This document shows, piece by piece, positions 1 through 11,611 of a stretch of 64,000 nucleotides of DNA. The translations under genes were made by a program, and so were the position numbers. This DNA comes from an uncultured Gammaproteobacteria bacterium (GTDB taxonomy: Bacteria; Pseudomonadota; Gammaproteobacteria; Methylococcales; Methylomonadaceae), in the NCBI GenBank assembly GCA_963814825.1, contig CAWFEF010000004.1:455556-519555 (forward strand). Direction: 5' to 3'. The notes beneath the pieces are model-generated. The model did no database searches. It was not told where the DNA came from and saw nothing but the letters and a program-made list of their open reading frames with translations. The first letter of the stretch is position 1, and each line of letters opens with the position of its first letter.

Positions 1-1482
1 TCAGCCTATAAATCCGAGAACCAATCGCTGTCGCTGGCTTTGCGCAAAGACGACCACCTTGCCGTGATCAAGGTCGGTCAGCAAAACATCCCTTATCAAG
101 CCTTTCCCAACGTGCGGATGGACATGACCGGGGATGACAGCTGGTTCGCCAATGTCTTCACCAAGAGCCAGTTCCAGTGGGGCAACCTGGAAACCCGCGC
201 TTATCACGAGGATGCCCGGCACAAAATGAACTTCCTTGAGGATAAAATGACCACGCCAACCCGCAACATGCCGATGGAGACACATGGCATTAACCAAGGC
301 CTGTCGGTAAAAGCCAATATTGATATTACCGACAAGCATTTGCTGACTGTTGGCAGTGAGTATCAGCGCTATCGTTTGGATGATTGGTGGGCTCCCGTTC
401 CGGGTAGCATGATGATGGGGCCGGGTACCTTTTGGAATATCGCTGCAGGAAAGCGCGACCGCATAGATCTGTTTACCGAATGGGAAGGCCGCTGGAGCCG
501 GCAATGGCTGACTCAACTCGGCGCCCGTGTCGGTGTTGTGGAAATGAATGCCGGCGACGTAAAAGACTATCAAAATGGCACTGTGGCACAAAGAGCAGAG
601 GCGACAGCCGTTAACAGCCAAAATAAAAAACAAACCGATGTGAATATCGATTGGACTGCGTTAGCGCGTTATACCTTTAATGACATGCAGACTTATGAAC
701 TGGGGGCTGCCAGAAAAACCCGTTCACCCAATCTTTACGAGCGCTTTGCCTGGTCTCGCGGAGCCATGGCGATGTTTATGAACAATTGGGTCGGCGATGG
801 CAATGGCTATGTCGGTGACATTAATCTTAAGCCGGAAGTCGCGCACACTGTCAGCGCGACAGCCAATTGGCATGACGCCAAGCAGGAAGACTGGGAAACC
901 AAAATCACGCCCTTTTACACCCACGTCGAGAACTATATTGATGCGAGACTCTGCCAGCCGGGCAATGGTGTGGCTTGCACCAGCCCGTCCGGCGGCTTTA
1001 ATTTTCTGCAACTGGCTAACTTCGATGCCCATCTGTTTGGCGTCGATGTTTCCGGGTCTAAGCGGATATTGGAAACCGTCAAATACGGCAACCTAACCGG
1101 GAAAACCGTCTTGAATTATGTCAGAGGGCAGAACAACGACACCGGCGGCAACCTGTACCAGCAGATGCCGTTCAATGCGACGGTAGCGCTGGAACATAAG
1201 CGCGGCGGCTGGTCCAACACCATCGAAACGCAACTGGTAGCGTCCAAAACCGACGTACAAGCCGTCCGGGTAGAACCTAAAACCGCAGGTTACGCACTGC
1301 TTAATTTACGCAGCAGTTATACCTGGAAGCATTTGCGCATCGATGGCGGCATAGACAACCTGCTGGATAAGAATTACGCCCTGCCGTTAGGCGGCACTTA
1401 TATAGGGGAAAGAAGCGTTACCGGAACGGCGGTTCCCGGAATGGGGCGCTCATTCAATGTCGGCATGACTGTGAATTACTAA
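1..1482 (+). CDS. TonB-dependent outer-membrane receptor, C-terminal beta-barrel portion (5' end lies outside the window)
   Basis: The frame is open from nt 1 and the 480+ aa product has beta-strand-rich TBDR-like sequence ending in an aromatic terminus (...NVGMTVNY). Paralogous receptor genes follow downstream. Confidence 0.75.
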   Translation, partial: SAYKSENQSLSLALRKDDHLAVIKVGQQNIPYQAFPNVRMDMTGDDSWFANVFTKSQFQWGNLETRAYHEDARHKMNFLEDKMTTPTRNMPMETHGINQGLSVKANIDITDKHLLTVGSEYQRYRLDDWWAPVPGSMMMGPGTFWNIAAGKRDRIDLFTEWEGRWSRQWLTQLGARVGVVEMNAGDVKDYQNGTVAQRAEATAVNSQNKKQTDVNIDWTALARYTFNDMQTYELGAARKTRSPNLYERFAWSRGAMAMFMNNWVGDGNGYVGDINLKPEVAHTVSATANWHDAKQEDWETKITPFYTHVENYIDARLCQPGNGVACTSPSGGFNFLQLANFDAHLFGVDVSGSKRILETVKYGNLTGKTVLNYVRGQNNDTGGNLYQQMPFNATVALEHKRGGWSNTIETQLVASKTDVQAVRVEPKTAGYALLNLRSSYTWKHLRIDGGIDNLLDKNYALPLGGTYIGERSVTGTAVPGMGRSFNVGMTVNY

Positions 1483-1655
1483 TCGCATGGCGTATGAATA
1501 ATTCGTACCTGGAATTATTTGCGTGCTCTGCAATGGACGATTGGCAGGTCGTCCATTGCGAAAAATGCATGAGTTATTTGTGTCCTTTCCAAAACCAAAG
1601 CTAAGGGGGTTTACGGCCCCGATTACGTTTTGTTAAACAGCGTTATTTAACACAC

Positions 1656-1683
1656 TTAAAGTGCGTCATATGGCGCACTTTAA
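1656..1683. promoter_or_regulatory. 28-bp near-perfect palindrome TTAAAGTGCGtCATATGgCGCACTTTAA, about 200 bp upstream of the second TonB-dependent receptor gene; candidate operator
   Basis: Read directly from the sequence: a 24/26 symmetric dyad lying in the promoter-proximal intergenic region. Confidence 0.3.
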
Positions 1684-1886
1684 ATCAGAAACATTCCCTG
1701 CAATAAAAGCGTAGAAGCCCGTTCAGGGCAAGCGCGGTCATTTAATAGAGCTTCCAAGTAATTGATTGCGAAAAATAAAAAGCCAAGTGCGGCGGGTCTG
1801 ATAAGTGGTGCCGCTGAGGCCTTGGTAACTTGGCATGCAATGTGCTCTTATACACAAACCACCCATCACTATTAAAAATTAAAACA

Positions 1887-4263
1887 ATGAAAAAATATCT
1901 ATTACTGCTGGGAGTAACTTATTTAGGCTGCGGAATTGCGGCCGAGCCGGTGACAGCGATTAAAAAGACAGAAACAGGCCAGACAAAAACCGATAAATAC
2001 CAGGGCGAGGATATGGTGACTTACGGGACTGCGACCGATAGAAAGTTTCCGGATACCGCCAAGGCAACGCCCACCTATACGATTGACGCGGCAGACGTCA
2101 AAACAAAAGTTAATGCGACAACGGTTGAGGATACTATCAGATATGCTCCAGGCGTATTGATCCGCAAACGTTTTATGGGTGATCCGAACGGCACCTTGGG
2201 CATACGCAGCTCAAATTCGTTTCAAACCGCACACAGCATGGTTTACGCCGACGGCATGCCATTGCACAATCCTTTGCGCACCACTTTCAACGGCGCGCCC
2301 AGATGGTCGATGGTGTCCCCCAGCGAAATCGATTCGGCGGAAGTGCTTTACGGGCCGTTCTCATCGCAATACAGCGGCAACTCGATGGGCGGCGTGATTA
2401 ACCTGAATACTAAAATGCCGGAAAAATTTGAAGCCCAAATGGACGCCACCGGCATGTTTCAGGATGTGCACCGGTCAGGGCGCAATGAAACTTTAATGGG
2501 CTATAAAACCTTTATTTCTGCAGGCGACCGGATTGATAAGTTCAGCGTTTGGGGCTCTTATAACCGTTTTGAAAACGAGGGGCAACCGCAGACCATCAAT
2601 GCCGCGGCTTTAACTACGGCAGCAGGCGGAACAGCCAGTCACCGGAGGAGAAGGTTACCAAACAACGACTGGAAGCTCCGGCGATTGCCTACGGTGACAT
2701 CGGCGTTGCCCAACAAACGACGGATTTGTTCAAAGCCAAATTCGCTTATGACTTTACCGAAGAGCTGCAAGGACGCTTTACCATTGCCTATGAAGATCGC
2801 GTAGGGAAAGTTGACGACCCGAACAGTTTATTAAGAGATGCGGCGGGCAACACGGTATGGGGCGGAGCCACTGCCGCAGGATTATCAGCCAGTCAAAACT
2901 ACAGAACAGCCGGCGGGCAGCGGTTTACCGTTCCCGGCTCGGTTTTCTCGGTCAGCGACTCGGAACGCCAGGCGTTAAACTATGGCTTGGGTTTAAAAGG
3001 CAAAATCTCGGATAACTGGAGTATCGATACGACCGCCAGTTATTACGATGCATTCAAGGACAGAACGATCAGTTCAAATCTTAATCCCAATCATCCGCTA
3101 AACCAAAACAAAGGCCAGGTTTCCGATGAAAAACCCTGGTGGGCAACTTACGACCTGAAGCTGGCGACCGACAAATTTATGGGCAGGGATGATTTGTCCT
3201 TTATGGGCGGCTATCAGTTTAACCATGCCAGCTTGAATCTGGATGTTTACAACAGCAATAATTACAAGGCCGGATCTGCCGATGTTAAAACCAACGACAG
3301 CGGCGGTGCAACTCAAACCAACAGCGCTTTTTCGCAGTTGGAATGGCGATTTTTGCCCGACTGGAGCGTAATGGCCGGGGGAAGGTTTGACCATTGGCAA
3401 GCCATTGACGGTCACGTTTATGACTATACAAATGCTACATCCTAATCTGAGAATACAAAACTACGCCGACCGCGATGCTTCCCGTATTTCGCCTAAAGCA
3501 TCGCTGGAATATTCGCCCGACAACTGGACTTTCCGCTATTCGTTTTCCAAGGCGTATCGTTTTCCGATTGCCGAAGAAATGTTCGCCAGCTTATCCAGAC
3601 TTAACAGCGCCACTTTTTCTGCTCCCGGATTAGGGCCTGAGGCAGGTTACTTTCATAACTTCATGACCCAGTACGATATTCCCAGAGGTTATGTGCGCGC
3701 CAATTTCTTTTTTGATCAAATCAACAATGAAATTAACAGTACCACGGTAACCGTTAACGGCCAGACGACAACAACCTTTCAGCCGATTGACCAAACCGAA
3801 GCTATCGGTGTGGATTTGACCTATCAACAGAACGAGGTGTTTAACCTGCCGGTCGATTTGATGGCTAATACCACCATAATGGACAAGCAGATTACCAAAC
3901 ATAACCCTATCGGGACTAACAGCGTCAACTACACCGGCAAAGAATGGGATCGCATACCCCAGTTGCAAATCAACGGCTCGGCAACTTATCATATCACGCA
4001 GCCATGGGCATGCTTCAGTGGGCGTTCGTTATCGCAGTGACTCGTTTCAAACGTTGGCCAACACCGACACGGCGGCCAATGTCATGGGTGGTACCGATGA
4101 ATCTACTTTTGTCGATTTAAAAACCTCTTATAAATTACCGATTAACCCAAAACTGAAAAGCACCATCTCAGCGGGGATCGATAACGTTTTTGATGCCAAT
4201 GCCTTTGAAAACCATCCTTATCCGCAACGCACCTATTTTATTAGCGCGTCGCTGAAATATTAA
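1887..4263 (+). pseudogene. TonB-dependent receptor (about 790 aa) disrupted by at least three frameshifts; ORF pieces are 1887-2804, 2726-3445, 3387-4040 and 4018-4263
   Basis: A signal peptide MKKYLLLLG is followed by a plug domain (DTIRYAPGVLIRKRF...PRWSMVSPSEIDSAEVLYGPFSSQYSGNSMGGVINL). The remaining barrel continues through three successive frames, and the end of the first ORF is obvious out-of-frame junk. Confidence 0.7.
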
Positions 4264-4325
4264 CCACAACGTGTAAAATAGTTTATTGATCAGCACAAGG
4301 ATGTGCGCCCTTCAAATGCACATCT

Positions 4326-4341
4326 TAATAATAATAATAAT
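4326..4341. repeat. (TAA)5 microsatellite, an AT-hexamer run resembling a Fur box, immediately upstream of the third receptor gene
   Basis: The sequence taataataataataat sits 15 bp before a GAGGA ribosome-binding site and the ATG at 4356. Confidence 0.3.
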
Positions 4342-4355
4342 TTTACGAGGACTCT

Positions 4356-6795
4356 ATGACACATTCCAAACCGCCTTATCCGCTTAATCCCGACGCGCTT
4401 TGATCTGCTTGCTGATACTAGCATCCCCGCTGGCCGTGGCTGAAACCAAGCAAAACGTTCAACCGGAAAAAAAGCGACCGCCGACAAATCCAAAGCGGTG
4501 ATGTCGGATATGACGGTAACCGAAAAAATAACGCCGACCGCCAAGGAAAGATACAAGCTGCCGACGACGACAGAGAGCGTTACCAGCGAAAAAATCGACA
4601 ACACCATCAATGCGATGACTGCCGAGGACACTATTAAATACCTGCCCAGCATTCAAGTGCGTAGACGTTATATCGGCGACACCAATGCGCCGGTGGGCTG
4701 GCGTACTTCGGGCACTGGCGCCAGCGCTCGCGGCTTGATTTATGCCGATGGCATTTTGCTGTCTTCGTTGCTGGGCAATAACAACGGCAACACCGGCTCG
4801 CCGCGCTGGAATATGGTGTCGCCTTCGGAAATTGAACGGGTTGATGTGATGTATGGACCATTTTCGGCGGCTTATTCAGGCAATTCGATCGGCGGCGTGA
4901 TTGACATCACTACGCGTATGCCGGAAAAATTTGAGGCCGGTGCCGATATAAAATCGACCTGGCAGGATTATGGCTTTCTATGGCAAGAAAAAGACCTTCG
5001 ACAGCCAGGAATATTCTTTCAATGTCGGTGATCGTTACAAAGACCTGTCATTTCGTTTTGATGTCAGCCATCTGGATAGTCATAGCCAGCCTATAGCTTT
5101 TGTGAATCCTATTGTTCCAACGGCCAACGCAACGGCTGCGGACACCGAGTAACGGGGGCCATTGCAAACACAAACCCGTACGGAGTTAGCGCTCAAGTGC
5201 TGGGCGAGTCTGCACTTAATCATACGGTGCAGGACAACTTCAAATGGAAATTGGGCTATGACTTCACCCCGACCATCCATGCGGCCTATACGCTGGGACT
5301 TTGGCAGAACGATGCTAATGCCGGTTTTAACAGTTTTTTACGTGATAGTGCCGGTAATGTAGTCAATAGCGGCAACGTTAATATTGGCGGAAAGCGCTAT
5401 GACCTTGCGCAGGTCTTCCTCTTTTCGCAGAAACCAGAGCCGAACAAATGCACTGGTCGCACGGCATGAACCTTAAATCCACCACCGGCGGCGTATTCGA
5501 TTGGGATTTGGCGGGCAGTGTGGTCGAATACGGCACGGATCTTAGCCGGACATCGACACAAACGCCGGCACAAGCCGCTGGAAATGGCGCAGGCAGAGTG
5601 ACCAGCTTGACCGGAACCGGCTGGCATACCGCCGATGCCAAGGGCATCTGGCGACCCGGCGTCGATCTGCTGGGCAAGCATGAAGTCAGCTTTGGTTTTC
5701 ACCACGATTTATATAATTTGGATAATCCGGTTTATACCGTTACCAACTGGCAAACCAGCGACGGCGGCAGCATTTTCTCCAATTCGCAAGGCAAGACCCA
5801 AACCGAAGGTTATTGGCTGCAGGATGCTTGGGACTTTAATAAAGACTGGAATTTGACCTTGGGTGGCCGCCTGGAAAACTGGCACGCTTTCGATGGCTAT
5901 AATGCAGGCTACAGTAGGCAGCACACTCAGAATCGACTCAATCAGGCGAAGCGCAATGATCTGGAGTTTTCGCCCAAGGCCAAGTTGACCTGGAAGCCTT
6001 TAGACCGTGTACAAACAGGTTTAGTCCATCGGCCAAGCCTATCGCTTTCCTACCGTGACGGAGTTGTTTCAAACGACGACGACGACTGTGGGCGGGATAA
6101 CGAATATTGTCAATGGCAATCCGAACCTAAAACCCGAAGAAGCGCTGTCTTCCGAACTTTCCGGACGAATATTTCCTGGATCAAGGCAAATTACGTCTTA
6201 GCTTATTCCAGGAACGCGTAAAAGATGCCATTTTTTCGCAGCAAACTCTTTTATCCACCGGGGCTATTTCCAGTACTCCTTCAAATGTCGGCGAAATTCA
6301 AACTTACGGCGTCGAAGTTGCAGGCGAAGCCAGTGATGTCGGCATACAAGGGTATTGACCTTTACGGTAATGCCACCTGGACCAATTCCGAAATTACCGA
6401 GAACGCGGCTTCAGATGCGGCGGCTGCCGCCGCAGGCGCTACTGCCGCTAACCCCAGACGCCAACCAGCCGTCAACCGGCAAACGCCAGCCCAGGGTTCC
6501 CGAGTGGCGCGCCAGTGCAACTATTGCCTATCGCCCAATCGACAAGTTGACGACCTCGGTAAGCGGCCGTTACAGCAGCGCGCAATTTAGCCAGTTGAAC
6601 AACAGCGATATCAATCCGGAGACTTATGGTGGAGGCGGCAACGCATACTTTATCGTCGATTTGAAAGCCAAATATCAAATCACCAAGCAGGTCAGCGCTT
6701 CGGCAGGTATTGATAACGTCAACAATCAGGAGGTCTGGTTATTTCACCCCTTCCCATCGCGTACTTACTTTGCTGAGTTGAAGTATAATTATTAA
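4356..6795 (+). pseudogene. TonB-dependent receptor paralog (about 810 aa) disrupted by at least five frameshifts, including one inside the signal peptide
   Basis: Its plug domain (AEDTIKYLPSIQVRRRYIGD...PRWNMVSPSEIERVDVMYGPFSAAYSGNSIGGVIDI) is about 55 % identical to the preceding gene. Barrel pieces lie at 4498-5031, 4970-5152, 5197-5469, 5448-6221 and 6355-6795, and the protein ends ...AELKYNY. Confidence 0.7.
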
Positions 6796-6820
6796 AGGCT
6801 TAATTAGAGCGACAAAAAAA

Positions 6821-6850
6821 GCCGGGCTTGTTTGAGAGCCCGGCTTTTTT
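6821..6850 (+). terminator. Rho-independent terminator
   Basis: The hairpin GCCGGGCTTgtttgagAGCCCGGC is followed by TTTTTT. Confidence 0.7.
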
Positions 6851-6921
6851 GAATATTTTTCTCTATTAGGCTTTGCCTTTCTCTTTATAATTCGGTTCGA
6901 CTCTTTAATTCGGTGTAATCA

Positions 6922-8184
6922 ATGAAATCCCTATCCTCTTTTCTATTTCTTGCAACGCTGGCCGTCTCCGGCTGCGCTAATGACACGACTGTACAAGCCC
7001 GCAGACGATGCTCAACAACATGCACATCATCACTCTGGCGATGCAAAAGGCGCTTGCGCCGATGCCAACGCGCGGCCCTCAAACCAATGCGCCGAAACGA
7101 TAAGTGCCGCTTTTGACGGCAAGGGCGTGTTATGGATTACCTGGGCGAACAATGACCATGTTTACGTGCAATCATCGGACGATAAAGGGCATAAGCTTTA
7201 CCGCGCCGGTGCAGGTCAATTCCGTTGCTGAAAAAATAGAAGCCAAAGGCGAATATCGCCCGAAAATAAAGCTGGATGCCAAAAGGGCAACTATTTATTT
7301 AACCTGGACGCAGAAGCTGGAAGGCAAACATAGCGGCCATATCCGCTTTAGCCGTTCGACTGACGGCGGACAGCATTTTTCCGCTCCGGTTACCGTCAAC
7401 GATAATCTGGATATCATCAGCCACCGCTTCGACAGCATGGCGATCGGCAAAAACGGCGAAATTTTTATTGCCTGGCTGGATGCCCGCGATTTTGAAGAAG
7501 CAAAAAAAGCCGGTCAAGAAATTTGAAGGTTCTTCGCTTTATTACAGCTGGTCGGACGATGGCGGCCAGCATTTTTATCCGAATAAAAGAATCGCCACCC
7601 ATACCTGCCAGTGCTGCCGTTTGGATACCGCGATAGCACCAGACAACACGCCGGTCGTCACTTGGCGGCATGTTTTCGAAGGCGGCATACGCGATCATGC
7701 GTTGGTTAAATTCAACGACTGGAATACCCCCGGCGATACCCACCGTGTCGGTCAGGACAACTGGAAAATCGATGCCTGTCCGCATCACGGCCCCGGTCTG
7801 TCGATTTCCGATTCCGGCATTTATCATGCGGTATGGTTTAGCGGCGCGCCCACCAACCCAGGTCTGTTTTATGCTTATTCGACCGATGCAGGACGGCATT
7901 TTTCAACGCCGGTTAACTTCGGCAAGGCCGGCACAGGCCATCCGCATGTGTTGGCTTTAGGTTCGCGGGTCAATGTGGTTTGGCAGGAGTTCGACGGCAC
8001 GAACAATCTTGTTAAATTGATGAAATCTGCCGACGACGGCAAAAGCTGGTCGAAGCCCGATGTGATTGCGCAGACCGCCCAGTCCGGTGATCAGCCTTTC
8101 CTGGTCAGCGACGGGCAGAAGATTTATCTCTCCTGGAAAGCGCAGCAGCAGGAATACGTTTTAAAATTGATTGATGACAACTGA
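6922..8184 (+). CDS. BNR/Asp-box repeat lipoprotein, split over three frames (6922-7116, 7104-7526, 7468-8184)
   Basis: It has a lipoprotein signal (MKSLSSFLFLATLAVSGC) and four Asp-box motifs (STDGGQHF, SDDGGQHF, STDAGRHF, SADDGKSW). Its two frame changes resemble those in neighbouring genes. Confidence 0.55.
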
Positions 8185-8224
8185 GCTCTGATCAGCAAAC
8201 TACTTCGGACAGCCTCAAAAAGCA

Positions 8225-8404
8225 CGTCATTCCGGCAGGGAAGCCGGAATCCAGGCACAGGGACGTGAGCCTATGGTCTGGCTTGCCGGTCTGCATGAAT
8301 ATATAGGTAAGGAGCGGAAGCTTCGAGTCTAAATCATGCACAACGGTATCGGTAAGTTACCATCCATGGCTCTGGATACCGGTATCCATGCCGGTATGAC
8401 GGTG
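8225..8404. repeat. MITE-like element, copy 1, with imperfect terminal inverted repeats CGTCATTCCGGCAGGG...CCATGCCGGTATGACG
   Basis: A second, shorter copy lies at 34724-34826 with the same ends and the same internal blocks (TGCCGGAATCCAG, GGTAAG, ATACCGG). Confidence 0.5.
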
Positions 8405-8489
8405 TTGGCTGAATCAGATGATAAATAATCGCCAAAGTACAAAGCGTGCTTTATGCTTACCCGTTTTAACGATATAAAAACTGACCTTT

Positions 8490-9146
8490 ATGGAAATTAT
8501 TTACTTTTTATTGCATTTGCTCAAAGACCCGCTGACGACGCTGCAAGATTTTCTGGCGCATTACGAGATGCTCACTTATGCAATTTTGGTTGCGATAATT
8601 TTTGTTGAAACGGGCCTAATCATCATGCCGCTGTTGCCCGGCGATTCGTTGCTGTTTGCGGTGGGGCTGTTGGCGTCATCGACCGGAAAGCTGGATATTC
8701 AAATCATCATTCCGTTGCTGATAAGCGCGGCTTTGCTGGGCGACAATGTCAATCACTTCGTCGGCAAGCATTTTAGTAAGTTCGTTAAATCGCGGGAACA
8801 AATTCTATTTTTTAAGCGGGAATACATCACCCAAACCGAAGAGTTCTACGACAAACACGGCGGCAAAGCCGTTATCATGGCCCGCTTCGTGCCGATCATC
8901 CGCACCATCGCTCCTTTCGTCGCCGGTGCGGGCAGCATGAAATACTCAAAATACATTATTTTTTGTATCATCGGCGCGACCTTATGGGTTACCAGCATCA
9001 CCTTAACCGGATATTTCTTAGGCTCGAATGAATGGGTCAAACACAATTTCGAGAAGATCGTTTTGGGTATTGTTTTCGTGTCGTTCATGCCGATGGTTTG
9101 GCAGTTTGCAAAAGTTAAATTGCTTAAACAGTCGCAGTCCATTTAG
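8490..9146 (+). CDS. DedA-family (VTT/SNARE-associated) inner-membrane protein
   Basis: The product contains the characteristic PLLPGDSLLFAVGLL and HGGKAVIMARFVPIIRTIAPFVAGAGSM motifs. Confidence 0.8.
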   Translation: MEIIYFLLHLLKDPLTTLQDFLAHYEMLTYAILVAIIFVETGLIIMPLLPGDSLLFAVGLLASSTGKLDIQIIIPLLISAALLGDNVNHFVGKHFSKFVKSREQILFFKREYITQTEEFYDKHGGKAVIMARFVPIIRTIAPFVAGAGSMKYSKYIIFCIIGATLWVTSITLTGYFLGSNEWVKHNFEKIVLGIVFVSFMPMVWQFAKVKLLKQSQSI

Positions 9147-9206
9147 TTATCGTGCCGAGTAAAATACGGCGTTGTCCGGAATCTGACTATAACAAATACA
9201 TCACCG

Positions 9207-9998
9207 ATGTTTAAAAAGGTAATTCCCCTGATGTTTTTATTTAACAGCGACGGCGGCCAAGCCGGCCGGAATTTAACGCCTACGGGTGACGAGGCGAGTC
9301 CGCTCGTGCAAAAAATGCGAGCATTGTTAGCAGCCTTGGCCGGCGAAGAACAGCCGCGCTTTGTCGGTGGATTGTTATTGATTTTGGTGCTGCTGCTGCA
9401 CGTATGGCTAGGCCTTTGGCTGTTAAAACCGGCCGATGCACCCCCTCCTGCTTCATCGCAGATCATCATGGAAGTATCGCTGGTTTCCATGCCGAATCAA
9501 CAAGCGCCGGTTACACCGCCGGCGCCGCCAAAACCAGAGCCGCCGAAAAAGGAACCGGCCAAAATTCCGGTCAAGAAAAAAACGCCGATTATACCTAAAC
9601 AGGCGGAGCTGCCAAAACCGCAGCCTGTTACCGACGAAAAGCCTTCGCCCATGCCGATAGCGCCGGTTGTGGCGCCGCAACCCGTTAGTCGGCCGGCGCC
9701 GGTAGTCAGCACCGAACCGAAAATCAGCACCGGCGTCGTTCCGTTGGAGCGAGTGCCGCCGAAGTATCCTGCGCGTGCGGCTGACCGTCATATCGAAGGC
9801 TGGGTTAAAATCGAGTTTACGATTACCACGGATGGCAGCGTTGAAAATGCCGCCGTTGTCGAGGCTGAGCCCGAAGACGTTTTTGACGAGGCCGCGCTAA
9901 GGGCTATTAATCAATGGCGCTTCAAAGAAAAAATAGTAAACGGTGTAGCCGTTGAACAGCGCGCAGTTCAGACGCTGCAATTTAAATTAACACAATAA
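9207..9998 (+). CDS. tonB: TonB energy transducer; the true start may be the ATG near 9316
   Basis: An N-terminal transmembrane helix is followed by a Pro-rich spacer (PPAPPKPEPPKKEP...) and a C-terminal TonB domain (GWVKIEFTITTDGSVENAAVVEAEP...EAALRAINQWRFK). Confidence 0.8.
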   Translation: MFKKVIPLMFLFNSDGGQAGRNLTPTGDEASPLVQKMRALLAALAGEEQPRFVGGLLLILVLLLHVWLGLWLLKPADAPPPASSQIIMEVSLVSMPNQQAPVTPPAPPKPEPPKKEPAKIPVKKKTPIIPKQAELPKPQPVTDEKPSPMPIAPVVAPQPVSRPAPVVSTEPKISTGVVPLERVPPKYPARAADRHIEGWVKIEFTITTDGSVENAAVVEAEPEDVFDEAALRAINQWRFKEKIVNGVAVEQRAVQTLQFKLTQ

Positions 9999-10132
9999 TT
10001 GATTTACGGTTTACCGGCCTAGATTGGTCTTGCCAAGACAAACTCCAGCCGGTAGCTTCGAACAAAAAATCAGCAGTCAGTTTGATGATTGCACCCCTTA
10101 ATTTTATTTGACTAACTAGACAGGAGATTTTA

Positions 10133-10801
10133 ATGCCCGATCATATTGCGATGGCAGAAGTCATTATCGACGGCACGTTATACACATTGCTGGCTTTTTC
10201 AGTGGCGACATGGACGGTGATTTTTTTCAAAATCTGGCAATTCACCAAGAACGGTTTTTATAACCGGGCCTTTAACAAGGCGTTTTGGGATGCGGCCGAT
10301 CTGGAGCAGGCAAAAGCCTTGCCCGCTGAGATAGTCAGAGGCCCGCAGGCGCGAATTGCACAGCAGGGGTTTTCCTGGATGGATGAAAGTCAGCAGTCTG
10401 TCGGCAAAAGCCTTAAATATCGCGGCGTTCCGGCTGAATTGCTGGAGCACTCGCTGCTCGTACAAATGCAGCAAGAACAACACACCATGGAAAGCGGCCT
10501 GACCATGCTCGCCAGCATCGGCAGTACTGCGCCGTTCGTCGGTTTGTTCGGTACGGTTTTGGGCATCATGCATGCGATGCATGAGATTACTGCAAGCGGT
10601 TCGACCAGCCTGGACGTGGTGGCCGGCCCTATCGGCGACGCGCTGGTCGCTACGGCAATCGGTATTGCGGTCGCCGTACCGGCGGTATTGGCGTATAACT
10701 TTTTCCTGCGCCGGGTCAAACAGCAGCGCGCCGGTTTGGAAAATTTTGTCGTCAGTTTTATGCACATTGCTTCAAGTGCGAATGTCAGCGGGAAGGAATA
10801 G
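10133..10801 (+). CDS. exbB: ExbB/TolQ/MotA-family proton channel
   Basis: The product has three transmembrane segments with an ExbB-like sequence, and the gene follows a good ribosome-binding site (cAGGAGatttta-ATG). Confidence 0.85.
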   Translation: MPDHIAMAEVIIDGTLYTLLAFSVATWTVIFFKIWQFTKNGFYNRAFNKAFWDAADLEQAKALPAEIVRGPQARIAQQGFSWMDESQQSVGKSLKYRGVPAELLEHSLLVQMQQEQHTMESGLTMLASIGSTAPFVGLFGTVLGIMHAMHEITASGSTSLDVVAGPIGDALVATAIGIAVAVPAVLAYNFFLRRVKQQRAGLENFVVSFMHIASSANVSGKE

Positions 10802-10803
10802 AC

Positions 10804-11214
10804 ATGGCCTTTAAACCGCAATCCGAAGACGAAGGAGCGATGAGCGAAATCAACGTCACGCCGCTGGTCGATGTGATGCTGGTGCTGGTGATTATTTTGT
10901 TGGTGACCGCGCCGTTGCTTACGCAATCGGTGCATGTGACCTTGCCGAAAACCGCCGAGACCACGGCGGATGTAAAGGAGCAACCGTTGCAGCTCGGTAT
11001 CGATGCGCAAGGAGTTATAACGCTGAATAAACTCCCGATCGCCGATCTTGCCGCCCTGGAAACCGCGTTGAAGGCTGAGCTTTTAAAAAATCCGGAAATC
11101 GGCCTGCATTTATACGCCGATCAGGATGTCGTTTATGCAAAAGTCGCCGAAGTGATGGCGACCGTGCAGCATGCCGGGATCGCTAAAATAGCGTTCGTGA
11201 CTGTGAAGCAGTAG
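10804..11214 (+). CDS. exbD: ExbD/TolR biopolymer transport protein
   Basis: The product carries the NVTPLVDVMLVLVIILLVTAP motif, and the gene starts 2 bp after exbB. Confidence 0.85.
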   Translation: MAFKPQSEDEGAMSEINVTPLVDVMLVLVIILLVTAPLLTQSVHVTLPKTAETTADVKEQPLQLGIDAQGVITLNKLPIADLAALETALKAELLKNPEIGLHLYADQDVVYAKVAEVMATVQHAGIAKIAFVTVKQ

Positions 11215-11611
11215 CTCCTTTCTTTCAAGAGTCATAAAACCACGAAGAAGCCGGCATAAAAAAATCCGAATTCTTCGCGGTTGTTGATTATTTGTATACA
11301 CTCTATATACAAAATCGCACATTGATTAGCGAAAATTTTTAGTCTACTTTCATTCGATGCGTGTCGGAGCAGTGATGCCGATCTTATCGATTAGGTGTAT
11401 ATTAAGCCCCCGCCTTTAGACCTTTTGTACGAAAAAACCTATGCGAATTCAATTTTTGAAGTGTTTTATCCATTTTGTTTATATTAAGTAATGCGTTATT
11501 GCTTATTAAAACGCACTTACCTTTAAACACATTGAATAAAAAACAGCTTTCGCTATGCGTAAAAACAACCAACAGCTTTTGTTCAATTTTGCTTGCCGCT
11601 TAAGGAAAAAA

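Noticed and set aside
1-633. A 210-aa ORF on the minus strand
   Set aside because: It is antisense to, and wholly inside, the well-supported TonB-dependent receptor frame and shows no recognisable protein features.
9453-9791. An Arg-rich 112-aa minus-strand ORF, and a 74-aa plus-strand ORF at 9436-9660
   Set aside because: These are alternative-frame artefacts of the CCG/CCA-rich proline spacer of tonB.
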